From Tricharina praecox (lineage: Eukaryota): a stretch of 64,000 nucleotides of DNA. Position numbers and translations under genes: made by a program. Shown here one piece after another: positions 13,258 to 26,885 of this stretch. Numbering within the stretch: the stretch's first letter is position 1; every line of letters starts with the position of its first letter. Under the pieces are notes generated by a model, which was given only the letters and a program-made list of their open reading frames with translations, was not told the DNA's origin and ran no database searches. The stretch is taken from NCBI RefSeq assembly GCF_024521635.1, contig NW_026250405.1, positions 930,001-994,000 of the forward strand. The letters are read 5' to 3'.

Positions 13258-13899
13258 TTCGTTTGTAGTTAGATACCTAAATGTTGAATGCTTGAGATGT
13301 TTGAGATGTGTGTGTTTGTGTTTGTGGGGTGTGGGGGGATGTGGTGATGATGTGGGGATGTACCTAGGGGATGTATCATAGTTAGTGGGCGGTTGATGGG
13401 GGGGGTGTTATCGTTTTTAACTTGATTTTATACTGGTTTTACTGGATTTATGTACTGGTTCTACTGGATTTACTAGCACGCCGAGGATGCCGAGGAACCT
13501 CGGGTGCACAGCGGCCTTCCGCTTCTCCGAAAATTTTCTTTCTCGGCCCGTAGGTGGGAGACGAGTGATTGGCTGTGGTCATGTTTGTACCTTTATCACT
13601 CGAATTCAATTTCAACTTTTGGAGCATGGAGATAGTGGATCAAGCCCGGAAGTCGTCACTCGCCTATAGTTATACCCGAAGCGCGAAATCACGGAGGCTA
13701 AGTGGGAGGAGTTCAAGGCATGGCTTGACGCGGGAGTCACTACATATCAAGAAGTAGAAGAAGTACCGGAACAACCGGGAATTTTGCTATAGGTAGTAGA
13801 GACCGGACCCGGTCACGGTCACGGCCCAGGTCCCGAGCGCCTGGCTGGAGGGTTATACTTACCACTCTAGCCAACGCGAGAGTGGACTTGAGAGTTATT

Positions 13900-14069
13900 G
13901 GGGCGTCGGAAACTTTTGGTGAGTGCATGTGAGAGTTAATGCGGCGTTGCTGATACTCGTGATGTGTGAGCGAACGTGAGAGTGGATGGGACGTTGCAGA
14001 CATGTGTACTGAGGGTGAAGGTGGGAGTGAATGGGGCATCGGAAACCCTTGGTGAGTGCATGTGAGAGT
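13900..14069. repeat. Imperfect ~37-bp direct repeat (GGGGCRTCGGAAACYYTTGGTGAGTGCATGTGAGAGT) at 13900 and 14033
   Basis: Two copies 133 bp apart, read directly from the sequence. Confidence 0.8.
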
Positions 14070-14734
14070 AAACACGGTATCAGGTACCCTTCGGGCTGCG
14101 GCTACTGAGCGAATAGTCTTTTAGATGGTTAGCGGAGACTGTCCGTGGAGATGGGACGGACGTGCTACATACTCATCATACCTATCATACCGGGAGTAAA
14201 TAGTACTGCCTGGCCTATCAGTGACGGAGGCACGACTCGTCACTCGCTCCACGCCGGGCTCACTGCTGCTTACAAGTTACGAACTTACGATGGCATCACC
14301 AGAACGCCATGAGCCTAGTGTTTCCCACGGGCAACTACAGTAGCAGGAGGAGTTTCCGCGCCGTCCCGTTGCGAGCGTTGGAGTGGTGATGGAGGACGAA
14401 GTACGAAGCACTTTTCCATCCGAGAAGCTACAGCATCTTCGAATCCCACGCTCGGATATCTACCTACCTACCGGTATCTACCGGTCGGCATGGATACCGG
14501 AGCCCTCTCGGTTCGATTGCGGCGCGTTCTCCAGTAAGTGGCTGCGAATGGCATGGTCACCCGTTCCGTCCAGTCCCATCCGGTCCCGCACCGGCGTTCC
14601 GTCCCGTGCGGATATCTGCTCATCCCACCTACCCACCGACCCCGTCGTGGGACGTTCCACTAACTTCCACGAATCCGGCCGGCCGGCCAGCTCGAGTAAT
14701 CAAATATCAATGATCGGGGAGAGCCCGGCAGCGA

Positions 14735-14840
14735 TGGTGGTGGTGGTGGTGGTGGTGGTGGTGGTGGTGGTGGTGGTGGTGGTGGTCGTAGTGGTGGTGG
14801 TAATAGTGGTGGTGGTAATAGTGGTGGTGGTAATAGTGGT
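14735..14840. repeat. (GGT)n microsatellite grading into GGTGGTAATAGT variants
   Basis: Read directly from the sequence. Confidence 0.95.
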
Positions 14841-17800
14841 GCGGGAGATCGACAGATTATGCAACCACCTCCTCTTTCGATTGCGAATACGTCTGGGGGG
14901 GTTGGGGGGAGTGGTTGGGGGCTGTGTGAAAGGTTGCTGGTTGTGGGATACTAGTAACCCGGGAATGAGGGAGTTATGATTGTGTTTTGGGTGGAGGGAA
15001 TGGGAAGGGGGTGCTCCGATGTTTGGGAATTACTATGCCTACGGTGAGGTGAGGTGAGGTGAGGGTGAGGGTGAGGTATTTGTTTATCTGGGTGGGCAGG
15101 TGGGGGGGTGGAATCTGGATCTCGACTGTTGTCCTGTGTTGTCCTGTGCTGTGGGGTGCTGTGTGGTGCCTGGATGGTGGGTGTGCATGTTTTGTCAGTT
15201 GTGTGGATGTTACCGGCCGGCCGGCCGTAAAAGACTCAAGACTCAAGAGAACGAGCGCGTATGTACCGAGAAGATGAACACCTACGGTACTTGGGTATGC
15301 ACAAATACTGAGCTTACATACATACATACATCCGGCCCTCTGGTGTCCATGTGTCATTGTAGGAGACGTGTACCTACCTGGTATCGCTCTACTGCCCCGG
15401 CCAACAGCCAATGGTCAACGGCCAACGTGACGGCGGATTGATAGGTAGTAGAGGCGAACAAGACTTCCCGGGGTCTGGGAAGCAGCAAGCTCCTGCGTTC
15501 CCCGTGGGCCGTGGCAATGAGTACCGTATCATACCGTAGTTACAACGAAGCGATTCATCTGCCAGAAGAGCGGCCATAGGCTCGCACCCCACCCCACGGA
15601 GGCACGTACTGGCAAGCACTGGCGAGAACCTACATACATGCAGCCTGCGGGGCATCGAATCCCTCCCCACCCCACCCTGTGTTTCGGCGAAAGCGTTGCT
15701 TGCTTGCTTGTGGGTAAACGAAGCTGGCTGCTGGCTGGCTGCTGGAAGATGCTGTTTCCTCCACTCCGGTTCGCGGTGCTTATTCCGTCCATCCATCCGA
15801 TTGCCAGCCATCCAGCCATCTAGCCAGCCAGCCAGCCAATCAGTCTCTCTCACGGTGGCGGCGGCGACGAATAGAAGCCTGCGTTCTGCCTCCACCCAAT
15901 GCCCAATGCTCACGGCCAATACCCACCGCCAATGCCCAATGCCAATTGCGATTGCGCGATGACCCCCCCCCCCCCCTCCCCCCCCCCCAAACCAAAACCA
16001 AAACCCAAAGCACTGTTTCTTCTTTCCTGGAAGCGCGCGGCCAATCAAACCACCGATCCACACCCCTCCCCCGCGTAGGTTCCTATCCTATCGGCAAACC
16101 TCGAATCCGCTCGGCCAGCCAGTCGGTGCGTACTCTACTCTCCCGGTACTCTACTCTACAGCTCGTATGCTAAACGAAAGAAGAAAAAAACAAAACGAAC
16201 GCAAACCAAACGTTCCTCCACCCCCGTCCCCCGTCGAGTTCGGTTCCGACAAGAGTGGATTATGTAGTTAGAATATAGAGTAGAGTGCATCGCGCTAAGG
16301 CGGGCGCCCTCTAATACCCACCTACATCCTAAACTACTTATAATACCGGTACATGTACGGTATCCTGTGCAGTGCAGTGCAGTGCGGTGCATGCAGGACC
16401 ACATCAGCGAGACGCTCGAGTACTCTGTGGTATATAGTACCGCGCAGGGTTGGGAAGATCGGAACGTCTGTGAAGACTGCGGACGGTGGACGTGGCGACT
16501 GGGAAGTCTGCGAGGGTGCTTTGGAGAGATACCGTAGAGTGGAGTAGAGTACTTACAGTGGAGTAGGCACAGTGGAGTAGTTACAGCGGACGACAGCGGA
16601 CGTTGCAGAGGATTAGAAATCTGCCTGGGTATGTAGGTAGATGCTCGCTGGACGCCGAGGTGCTTGCGGGAAAAGGGAATTGCCGGAGTAGATACATGCG
16701 AGTGCTGGTTCGTGAGCCGACCAGCAGCTGCGCTGGACACGCACATGTGTCTTGAAACTACTAGCAACTACTGCTGGCGAGGCCATTCCAGTCGGATCAT
16801 CGCACTCTCGGGCCTACGTACGTACATAGGTGGGTACTTAGGTATCTGCTGGCCAACACCGTCGTCAATCTACCTAGGTGGGTATTCTATTGGACGATTG
16901 CATATAGAGCACGGTAGACCTGCTTCTTCGTCGACGTCGGCCGGATGATCTATACACCGTTTATGCCGTACCGTAGTTACCGTAGTTGCCGGACAAATTC
17001 TCCGGTATCCGTTGTCGCGACTCGTCAGCCCTGGCAGTGCCGGCTGGGACACCTCGAGAACAACAAATATTCTACCTGCCTGCGCAATCAGCAGAACCGA
17101 TAGGTACCGGTAGGTATGTAGGCCTGGGAGCGAGCGAGAGAGAGATATCATATGGCCGTGGGTAACGGGTCTGGGGGTCTGGACTGCCTACAGTGACAGT
17201 GACAGTGACAGTGACAGCTAGTTGGTGTTGGTACCGACTTCGGTCTCGTGGACGGTGGCCACAGAGTCGGTTGCTACTCTAAACCGGGTACGAGTAGTGC
17301 CTGGCTATTTTGGCCGGCCTGACTGTTACCTGTAAACCTGTAAACCTGTTATGTACCCAGAGTACCTTGTCGTCGCCCATCGGCGGCGGCTATCCACGCC
17401 TCGCCTTGCCACGCCTCGCCTGCCAACGCCTGCCTGCCAACGCTGGGTCCCGGTCCCGTGTTCTGTCGTGGGTTGCAACTTGCTGCTCATCCGGGGTGTG
17501 GCGAAGCGACGGCCAGAATCCGACTCTTGCACTTTTTGGCTGGTTGGTACCGGTACCGGTACCGGTATGTTGCATCGAGTGTCAAGACTCAAGTTGTTAA
17601 CATCTGCTCTGCACTGCTCGCTCGAGACGTTTGTGCGACGGCCTAGCACTTCCTTGCTAAAGATCGTTGCTCAAAGAGTAGCCAGCTCTGCCTAGACTCT
17701 AGGTAGAGCAGCCCGTCTCGATTCTCTAGACCGTCGGTGTCGGTGGCGAATACCTATCACAGCCGTGTACTCTACGGTGCCGCCCCCGGGTCCCAAGACC

Positions 17801-19418
17801 CGATTCCCGACGTGGTGATACATATCATAGAGAAATCGAGGCCTAGGCTGGCTGCCGTTCCGGAAGGCTGAAGCAAGCAAGCCGCACTCCGTGGAAAAAG
17901 CTGAAGACAGCCCCGACATGCCACCGGGGTGCTGAGAATCTGAGATGGTGATTTCGTGTGTGTCGTTGGTTTCATGAGAGATGTGGATGTGGATGGATAG
18001 ATCATGGGGGCGACCACTGACTGCCGGCCGTTGTCGTCGTCGAGTCATGAAGATCGGATTTTCACAGAAGGATCGAGGTCTTTATGCCTGCCGTAACTTG
18101 TTCCACGGATAAGGACTACGGCTTGTATGATATATCCGCAATTATCAATTACGGTATGCGGTGCCCAAATATGTATGTACATGACCCAGGTTGTGTATGA
18201 TATGTGATTACCGGTATACGCTTGTGCACTCACTGTATCATGTATGTAGGCGAGGGCGCGGCGCAGAACTCGGCACCTGGATGCTGGCTCCTTCTGTTTA
18301 TCCTTCTTATGTACCATGTTTTGCGTGTTTGGCTTCGTCGTGTGGCATCTCGGCCTACCTACTTAGTTACCGCTGCCCGGTCGGAGCGGGCGTGCCAGCC
18401 AGCGTCGAACCGACTGCCATTTACCGTTTACCATCTCCGGATCTGACTCTTCAAAGCTCCTTATGCATACCGGTACCAGGCCGCCGACCACCTCCGACTC
18501 ACTCCCCTCACCAAGCTCAGTACATACCCCGTCCGTCCGCCGTAGGACCGTAGGTTCCTCATCCAGGCCGCGTACGGCTCCTCCGCACCGAGTGCCGATC
18601 CGCTTGGTCGACTTGACCGAGTGACGAGTCCTTCCGTGCGCCGTTCCCTCCCGAGTATCAGCGGTTGCCCAATGAGCTGCTATCGGAGGATCGACGTGTT
18701 GGCGTTCGATGCTCAGTGCGTCCTCCACCCACTTCTCCGAGAAGATGTTCCCATCGTGGGGGTTGCCTACCTACCTACCGCAGAGTTCGACTTTTGCAGC
18801 GCATGGCGGAATCTGTATATCACGGTGCTGCTTGGAGGCTTGGAGGGGAAACGTATGTGCCGAAGCAAATGTGCCGAAGACGCTGCTGCTGCTTGGACTC
18901 TGGAGGGGAAAAGAAGTGCCGGACGTTGAGTGAGACTGTGAGAGAGTTGCGGGAGACTGTGAGAGAGTTGCGGGGCTGGCTGGGCGAATGCCCAGGAAAA
19001 GGGCCAAGGTGTCGTGCTCTACTTACTTTTGGGGAAGGAGTATAGGTTGCGATGGAGGTTATTACAGCAGTCTCATTGTCATTGAGCCGAATTCCTCGCC
19101 ATGTTGCGCTTGGCTGGCTGGAAGACCGCCGCCACGCCCGTTGGACGATGGAGATGTTTGCAGCTGCGAGCTCCGAGTGGTACGGTACGGTACGCGCGGC
19201 AGACCCGATTCCCGAGCCACGGAATGATGCGTGGCAGATTATAGCTGTTCACGGTCTTGTACCGTCGTGATTCGTGGGCAAACCCCCGGTACTCTATATG
19301 GTAGGTACATACACTGCTTTGCACCCCACCTATAAAACCGTTGTGCACGGTATGTGGTTGGTTAGCACCTTGTCGAACTCATCTCCTCCGCATCGTCATC
19401 CAGCGGTGGCCACTATCA

Positions 19419-19482
19419 GTACTCTGCCGTACTCTGCCGTACTCTGCCGTACTCTGCCGTACTCTGCCGTACTCTACCGTAC
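19419..19482. repeat. 10-bp minisatellite (GTACTCTGCC) x6
   Basis: Read directly; the last copy is GTACTCTACC. Confidence 0.95.
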
Positions 19483-22400
19483 CTCGCCTCGCCTCGCCTG
19501 GCCTCACCTCGCCTGCCAACGTCGGGTCCCGTGGGTGGTCCTGGGTGGTCCGTGGGTGGCCCGTGGGGTGGGTTGGGTGTTTCCGGCGGATCCAAAACAA
19601 AGCAAACAAGTGTGGCAAACGGGCAGTACCATTGGTACCATACCTACCATACTCTATCCACATCCACATCCACTCTACCCTACCATCACCAACCAACCAT
19701 CGCACGATTCCAGTACAAACATTGCCAGTTAACTCGTCACACCGAGCTTCAAGCGTCGGCTGGAAACCGCCTGTTCAGAACATCAGAGACAGACAGACGA
19801 CGTCGTGCGACGGCTAAGGATTGCCATCCAACCCGAGCGAGCACTGTATATTGCACTTGTGACTTCCCTGTTATCTTTATCTTTGCACTAGATTCCTCCT
19901 TGAGGACACGGACGCGGATTGCCGAATGATAATAATAATCAGGCCCCACCGCTCGTCTCGTCTACTCTGGTGGGGTATGTGCCGACGTGCATGAGCTGGG
20001 GAGTGGGAGGGGAGGGGAGGGGAGGGGCGCTCGGATGCTTGGTTTGGTTGCTTGGTTGGTTGGGTGTGGGCGTGTGGGAGCGAGCTGAGCTTGAGCTGAG
20101 CTGAGCTGAGCTGAGCTGGTGGGTAGAGTATAGTAGAGTGCCGTGCCGTACGGGGGGCGCGGCGGGTACGGAGGTAAGGAAGCTGGAAGGAAGGAGGAAG
20201 GAAAGGAAAGGGATGCGCGCGCGCCATCATAGGTACATGCGCTACATATTTCCTAGGTGCAGAGCTTCCCAAACCCACATATGCGATGCGATGCGTCCTT
20301 CAGTACTCTACTTCAGTGTGTCGGTCGTTTCGTATCCCATCACATCACCGCAGACACTCTATGTATGTACCATACACACATACAGGTTATGTAGTTACGC
20401 AGGCAGCAAAAGCAAAAGCAAAAGCGAAGAGAAAAAGAAAAATATGCAGCGCCCCCCCCCCCCCCCCCGGCCCCCCCCCATGCGCGTCACATCACATCAG
20501 GGACGGACGGACTCTGACGGACGGACGGGGATCCGGGATGACATGCCCCCGTGCAGTGCAGCGGTCTGCAGCGGTCTGTTCCGAGAGACGTCGCGTCGCG
20601 TCCCGGGGACTTATCTATCTATGCATTCAGCCTTGCTTTTTTTTCCTTGCGGTTCTTTGCTTTTGCTGGCTGGGGAGCGGTGAGAGGTGGGATGTGGGAG
20701 CGTCACTGCGATGGAGGCGGGATGGTAGTGGACGTGGCAGTGGATGTGGGAGTGGAAGTGGAAGTGGGAGTGGGGTGGTGGTGGTGGTCGCGGGCGCTCA
20801 TGGCTCGTCACTCGGCACTCGATGTTTGGCGATTGGCCGTTGGCGGTTGGCGATTATTTCGCACAATTACTCCAAGACCGCGATGGCGAGCTTTATCGTC
20901 GCGGACGTTTGTTTGCTCGCGGTTTGCTTAAGGTTGCGAGGACGTGGGGTGTCGATATCGATAACTGCGTGCTCGAGCAACGGCGGCCATGGACACAACA
21001 GCTTGCTTACCTATCTGATAGGTAGGTAGGCCGTCCTCGTCGCCAGCTTTCCGGTATCCATGCGGCATCCCATGTTCATCAGACCGGCCGCCCACATACA
21101 CACATACATTCCGTACATACATCGCATACACCCGCATGAAGGGCGCATCACAAAGTACATACATCACACATCAGTACTTACATGGGCATAGATACATTGC
21201 ATATGCCCACGGGGCTTCCAAGTATCCGTACCATACCGGTAGGCGTGTAAGTACTTGCCGAGCAATCTACACACCTCCGCGTTGCGTTGCGTTGTCGATG
21301 AGATGTACTTACTTCAGAGTACTCTTCGCACGCAACGCCGCCGCATATACATAGCATACCGAGAGTATCCCCCGTAGTTAATAACTGGCGGCCTATACCG
21401 ACCGCGAGGGGATTTCGGCGTACCTACTATGGAGACAGAGACAGAGACAGAGACGCCAGAAGATCGATATTGCGGTGGATTCAGTAGCTGGTGCACGTGG
21501 GGATGGAGTACATCATGTATGCAGGATATGGACGTAGGTAGGAGGTACATACATGAGGTATCTACATGCATAGAGTACTATACCTACAACATGTACATGA
21601 GCCAAGCACCGCTGAGTCACGTCCCGCAGTAGTTGGCATCCGGACTGCATATCTACACTTGGTAGCGTCCGTGACGTCCCTTTCATGCGTCCACGGTCCC
21701 ACACCTCTGTGCCTGCCTGCCAGACTGCCTGCCTGTCTGCCTGTCTGCCTGTCTGCCTGTCTGCCGCCGCCACCGGACGAGGAGGCGAGTGAGGCGAGGT
21801 GGTATACCGGTACTCTACTCTACTCTACTCCGGTAGCAGTTACACGACCGCGATCCACAGTGAGTGAATGAGTGAATGAGTGAGTGATCAGTGGATGAGT
21901 GAGTTACAACTTACCGGCAGACCTTGGACTGCCTGCCAACCATCCACCGGTATGTGCTCCATCGACCATCGAGATCTGACCAGTGACCGGCCGATACCAT
22001 GCGGCGCATGTAGAGTAGAGTACTCTACTACATACCCAGCAGAGTACCATAGTACCGTACAGTAGGTACAGGAAAGTACAGTACGCACGGCGTCTAGAGT
22101 GCTTGCTCGGATGGGATACCCAGCTACCATCGCGTCTATACCGTCCCCTACAAACTCTATGTACCATGTGTACCATGTGTCGGTAGGTAGAGTACATACT
22201 ACACCCACTCGGAATTCTCCGAGCACATGCCCTCCAACTCTCCAACGGTCAACCCGATCGCGAGCACGAGTCGACGCCGCCCTGCGGCCCCGGTCCTACT
22301 CTACAGGCTATGCATACAGCGTGAAACACACGTCGAACGCTGTGGTCCGCTGGGCGTTCGATAGTATAATATACTAGTAGTCCCGCCCTGGTCCGTGCGC

Positions 22401-25400
22401 ACCCACGTTCTCGCCCTACCCACAGCCCGCAGCCAGGTCTGTCTGCCGCCCAGGCTCCAGATCCAGACTCCAGACTCCCGGCCGCGCACGTTCTTTGCTA
22501 TGTAAACCCCGCAGCACGTTCCGTCTTGGTAGGCAGGTGTGTGGGTAGAAAAAACGTTAATTGCGTGCGAGTGCCAGGTGGGAGTCTGGACAGTGGGAGT
22601 CGGAGTGTCGGAGTTATCGTGCGCGGCTGTCACTCGAAGGAGTCGGGGGGAGTCGGGATGAGTTGAGGGGAGTTCTGGATGAGCTGGTGCCTGCTACCTA
22701 TGGTACATACTCTGCTAACTGCCAGTGCCGGTGCCAGTGGCAGTACTAATGGCAGCACCAGTGGCAATGGAAGTGAAAGTGAAAGTACCACCAGTACCAG
22801 TAGCTACCAGTGCAAGTGCCAGTGGCAGTACCAGCCACCTCACCATCCCATCGAGCCTCAATCTTGAAACCTCAACCTTCAAACCTCAACCTTCAAACCT
22901 CAACTCTCAACGCATACCTTCCTATGCACACAAGTATACAAGTATAAGTACACAAGTAAGCACCTATCGTACTAGGTCCCAGTAAGTAAGCAGGAGCCTC
23001 GATTATCTTCAAGATAAGCCCCCCATGCCCCCCTCCTCCCCCCCCATGCCCCCCCATGCCCATCCGTGCCCCGCTACGCCACGATAACGGGCGGAAGCCC
23101 AAGCCCAAGCCCAAGCCCAAGCCCAAGGTGTGTGTGCGAACCCTGGGGTAGGGTAGGATAGGGTGGGGTGAAAGCTACTCTACTCTACTTTACATACCCC
23201 GTTTCCGCAGGGAGGGGGAGGGGCTTCCGGGCTTCCACGACGACGACGACGAGGAGGACGACGGTATTGCTGAAAGTCTGAAGCCTGAAGCCTGAAACTG
23301 CCTTCCCTCCCGTGGTCCATGGGTATGGTATCATAGGCGCTTCGAAACGGTGCCGCGGGGCCTGGCAGGGCGGGGCGGGGGATGGGGGGGGGGGGGGGGA
23401 GGGGGATTTCTGCCTGTTCTTTGATGGGCTTCATCCCCCCCTCTCTCCAGACTCTGGCTGGGTATGTACCGTACATAGTAGGCAGAAGGCAGAAGGCAGA
23501 AGGCAGAAGGCAGAAGGATTTGAATTTTGATGTCCGGGATGTGTGTGATGTGTGTGATCCCATCCTGTGCTACTTACGGAACGCATGGGCTAGCCGTCCC
23601 GTGATCACCAACTCAACTCGACTCGCTGGGTGTAGAGTGCCAGCACTGCCGGTATGGAGTCTGGCTAATCCCGAAGCCGGACGAGAGAGGAAAAAAGGAA
23701 AGGAAAAAAATGAGAAACGGAGGAGGAAGAAGGAAAACCGAAAGGAAAAGGAAGCTATGACGTTACGGACATGGAAGGTCGTTGTTGGTCGCTAGGCGAT
23801 GCCTGGATAGCTGCTCTGCTCTGCTCTGCGGTGCTCTGCGGTGCTCTGCGGTGCTCTGCTCTGCGGTACTCTGGTTGGTTAGAGACTTGGAATACCATGG
23901 AATCGACTCTAGAATCTACTCTAGATACCGGTACTCCTCGGGTGGGGTTAAGATACAGACACAGACACAGACACAGACACAGACACTGTTCTCCGGGGAT
24001 GGATCCTTTCGTTTCTTCTTCTTCTTCCTCATCCTCATCCTCTTCTTCCTCTTCGTCTTCGTCTTGTTCTTTCTCATCCTCGTCTTCCTCCCTCGCTCGG
24101 ATGACCACTGACCACACTCGCCGGACCAGCCTACCCCGCGAGTTCCAGAACCACCATGCACACAAGTACACAATAGTGTAGTACCCATCCGCATCTCGAA
24201 TTCCTTCTTCCTTGACGTTCCTTCTTCCTCGCCCCCAGGCCGAGGGGGCGAGAATATATCTCCCTCGTGCACTCCCTCGTGCCCGTGAAGGTACGTTGCT
24301 TTTTCCACCCCCCGACTCCCAGAGCGTTTCGGCGGACGCGCTGTCCTTCAGAGTTCAGACCAGTTCAGACCAGTGCAGACCAGTTCAGACCAGTGCAGGC
24401 CAGTTCAGGTCAGCGTGCTGCACTGCACGTGCATCTTGTATCATATGTACATCCTGCCGCCTGCGTACTCTAGGTACTCCAGGCATGTATGTACTCCAGG
24501 TATGTACTCCAGGTATGTGCCCCGCAATTTCTATGTATGTATGCGCAATAGCGGCGATGCGTTACATAAGACTCCATAAGACGGCATAGGTGCTCTAGGG
24601 TATGGTATGGTATGGTATGTCTGGTGGTAGGTGGGGAGGGGAGGAGGTACGGGAGCAGGTCGCTGCTGGCCCGCTCCGCATGCCCGCCAGCCAGCCTCCA
24701 GGCGCCTCGATCCCGAGCATGAGCGTTATGAGCATGGTGAGCGTTATGGGAATGGTGAGGGTAGTGAGGGTAATGAGCATAATGCGCTGTCGTTACATAT
24801 CCTGCCTACCTGCCTGTCTGTCTGCTTGCTTGCCTGTCTGCCTATACCGTACGAGCTATATCCCCCCCACGACACCGGCGAGTCCACGACACCGGCGAGG
24901 CGAGAGGGCAGAAAGTGGCAGCAAGAAAGAAAGAAAGAAAGAAGGAAGGAAGGAAACGTATGTAGAGAAAAGAAAGAAGTTCGAGAAACGAAAAAGCAAA
25001 ACGCTGCAAAACGCTGCAACACCCACGGCTCGTACCAGCCTCTAGGAACGATAGAGTCGGGACCGACTCGTTAACCAACTCGGAGAGATGGTGTTGCGGC
25101 GACCGCGGCCGTGTTCGTGACGGTGGAAAGTCTCCGATTGGTCCTCGCGCTACCATACCTACTATAAACACTCCGTTTTTCATCCAGCGTATCATATCAT
25201 GCGGCTCCCTCTCACCTTTTTGCTTTCTTTCCTTTTTATCACTTTATTTGCTTTTCGTTCGTTTGCCTTTCACCTTCCCTTCGCCGGACAAAGCTGGTGA
25301 GTCGAGAGTCGAGAGTCGAGAGGCCGGGATAGGTATGTAGAGTATGTATGGACCGTCTGGATGTATCTATCATATGCTATAGTACATATTGCTCACGCCG

Positions 25401-26717
25401 CGGCGCCGCCCCCAAGCAGTGAGCACAAGCAGTCCAAGCACAAGCACCCCACAAAAAGCTAAAATCTCCGTCCCCAGATATCCCGGCCCTTGCCCAGTGC
25501 CCAGTGCCCAGGTGCCCAGGTGCGCTCGAGAAGAAGAAAAAACCATGCGAGCTGGGTTGGGTTGGGTTGGGTTGGGTTGGGTTGGGTGGCGGGCCTCAGT
25601 GTGGACAGTGTGGAACCAACAAAGACTTTTTTCCTCCCTTTTCTGCTGATGCTGATGCTGATGCTGATGCTTCTTGGATATAGCTGGCTGGCTGGCTAAC
25701 TGGCTGACTTACTGGCTGGATGAATGGATAAGATTTAGAGTGTCTAGATATCTATCCCCAACTATCCCCAGGTATCCCCAGTTATCCCCACGCCAAGCAG
25801 GCGCGCGTGGAGCGATGAGATAACTGTGTAGATATGTAGGTAGGTGGTACACACCTATCTTCCCGAGTCCCGGCTGGTCTGCGTCCGCGTCCGCGTCCGC
25901 GCGGGTGGGTGAGATGAGAAGAGAAGAGTTTTCACGAAAAGAAATGTGGAGATACCGTATGATGTCTATCGTCTTGTGTTCCCACGGATAGGTGGCCTAT
26001 GGGTATGGCGAGAGAAGAGAAGAGTCATGTGCGGAACGAAACGAGGCAGTGAAACTTCGTCTACATATGTGCGGTATCTATCTGTCGGCAAATGAAGGCG
26101 AAGACGGGGAGATGGGGATGCAAATACCAATGCCAAGTTCCAGACGGAGGTCTGGAAGTCTGGAAGTCTGGGAGACTTTCTGTGTCGAGTTCGGGCACTA
26201 ATCGGGTGCTGTATAGTACCTATCTGGCATGCGCAGTGGGCTTGATGTATAGGCATGATGTATAGGTATGTGGGTGTAGTTCTCCTGCGGTGAAGCATGG
26301 CGGACGTAAAAGTTTAGCACCAGCAGCTCTCCTCCTCATCTCCACCACCATCATCATCGTCGTCCTCATCAATCGCCGTCGTGGTGGTCGTTGGAGAAAA
26401 AGCATTCGTCAGCCCGTCAGCTCGCAAACTAGACCGGACCGGAAGTCGTCCCCGTCCCCATCCCCGTCCCGTCGCCGTCAGTGTATGTAGGTAGGTAAGA
26501 TAAACTTTGCTCGAGTTGTCGTGATGTTTAGCTTTGGCTTCCCGGAAGGCGGGGAGGCGGGGGATCAACGAGATGAGCATGGCGGTGACCGTACCTACTA
26601 CCGTAGTAGGTAAGCAGGTAGGCGGCTACCGCATGTATGTAGGTAGTATATGTATCTCGACGTCAAGTTTCGCCGACGTTGCCTTGGAAGATCGCCCCCG
26701 AGACTCGAGGCCGTAGA

Positions 26718-26885
26718 GCTGCCGGATCTGCTGTCGGATCTGCTGCCGGATCTGCTGTCGGATCTTGTGGGTTGATACGTCAACCTTCCCCGCTCAGCAC
26801 TTTGTCCACTCCTTCCTCCCCTCCTTCTTCGGCACCCCGAGCCAGCCCGAGTCAGCCCGAGTCAGCCCGAGTCAGCCCGAGTCAG
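26718..26885. repeat. Two adjacent minisatellites: (GCTGYCGGATCT) x4 and (CCCGAGTCAG)n
   Basis: Read directly from the sequence. Confidence 0.85.
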
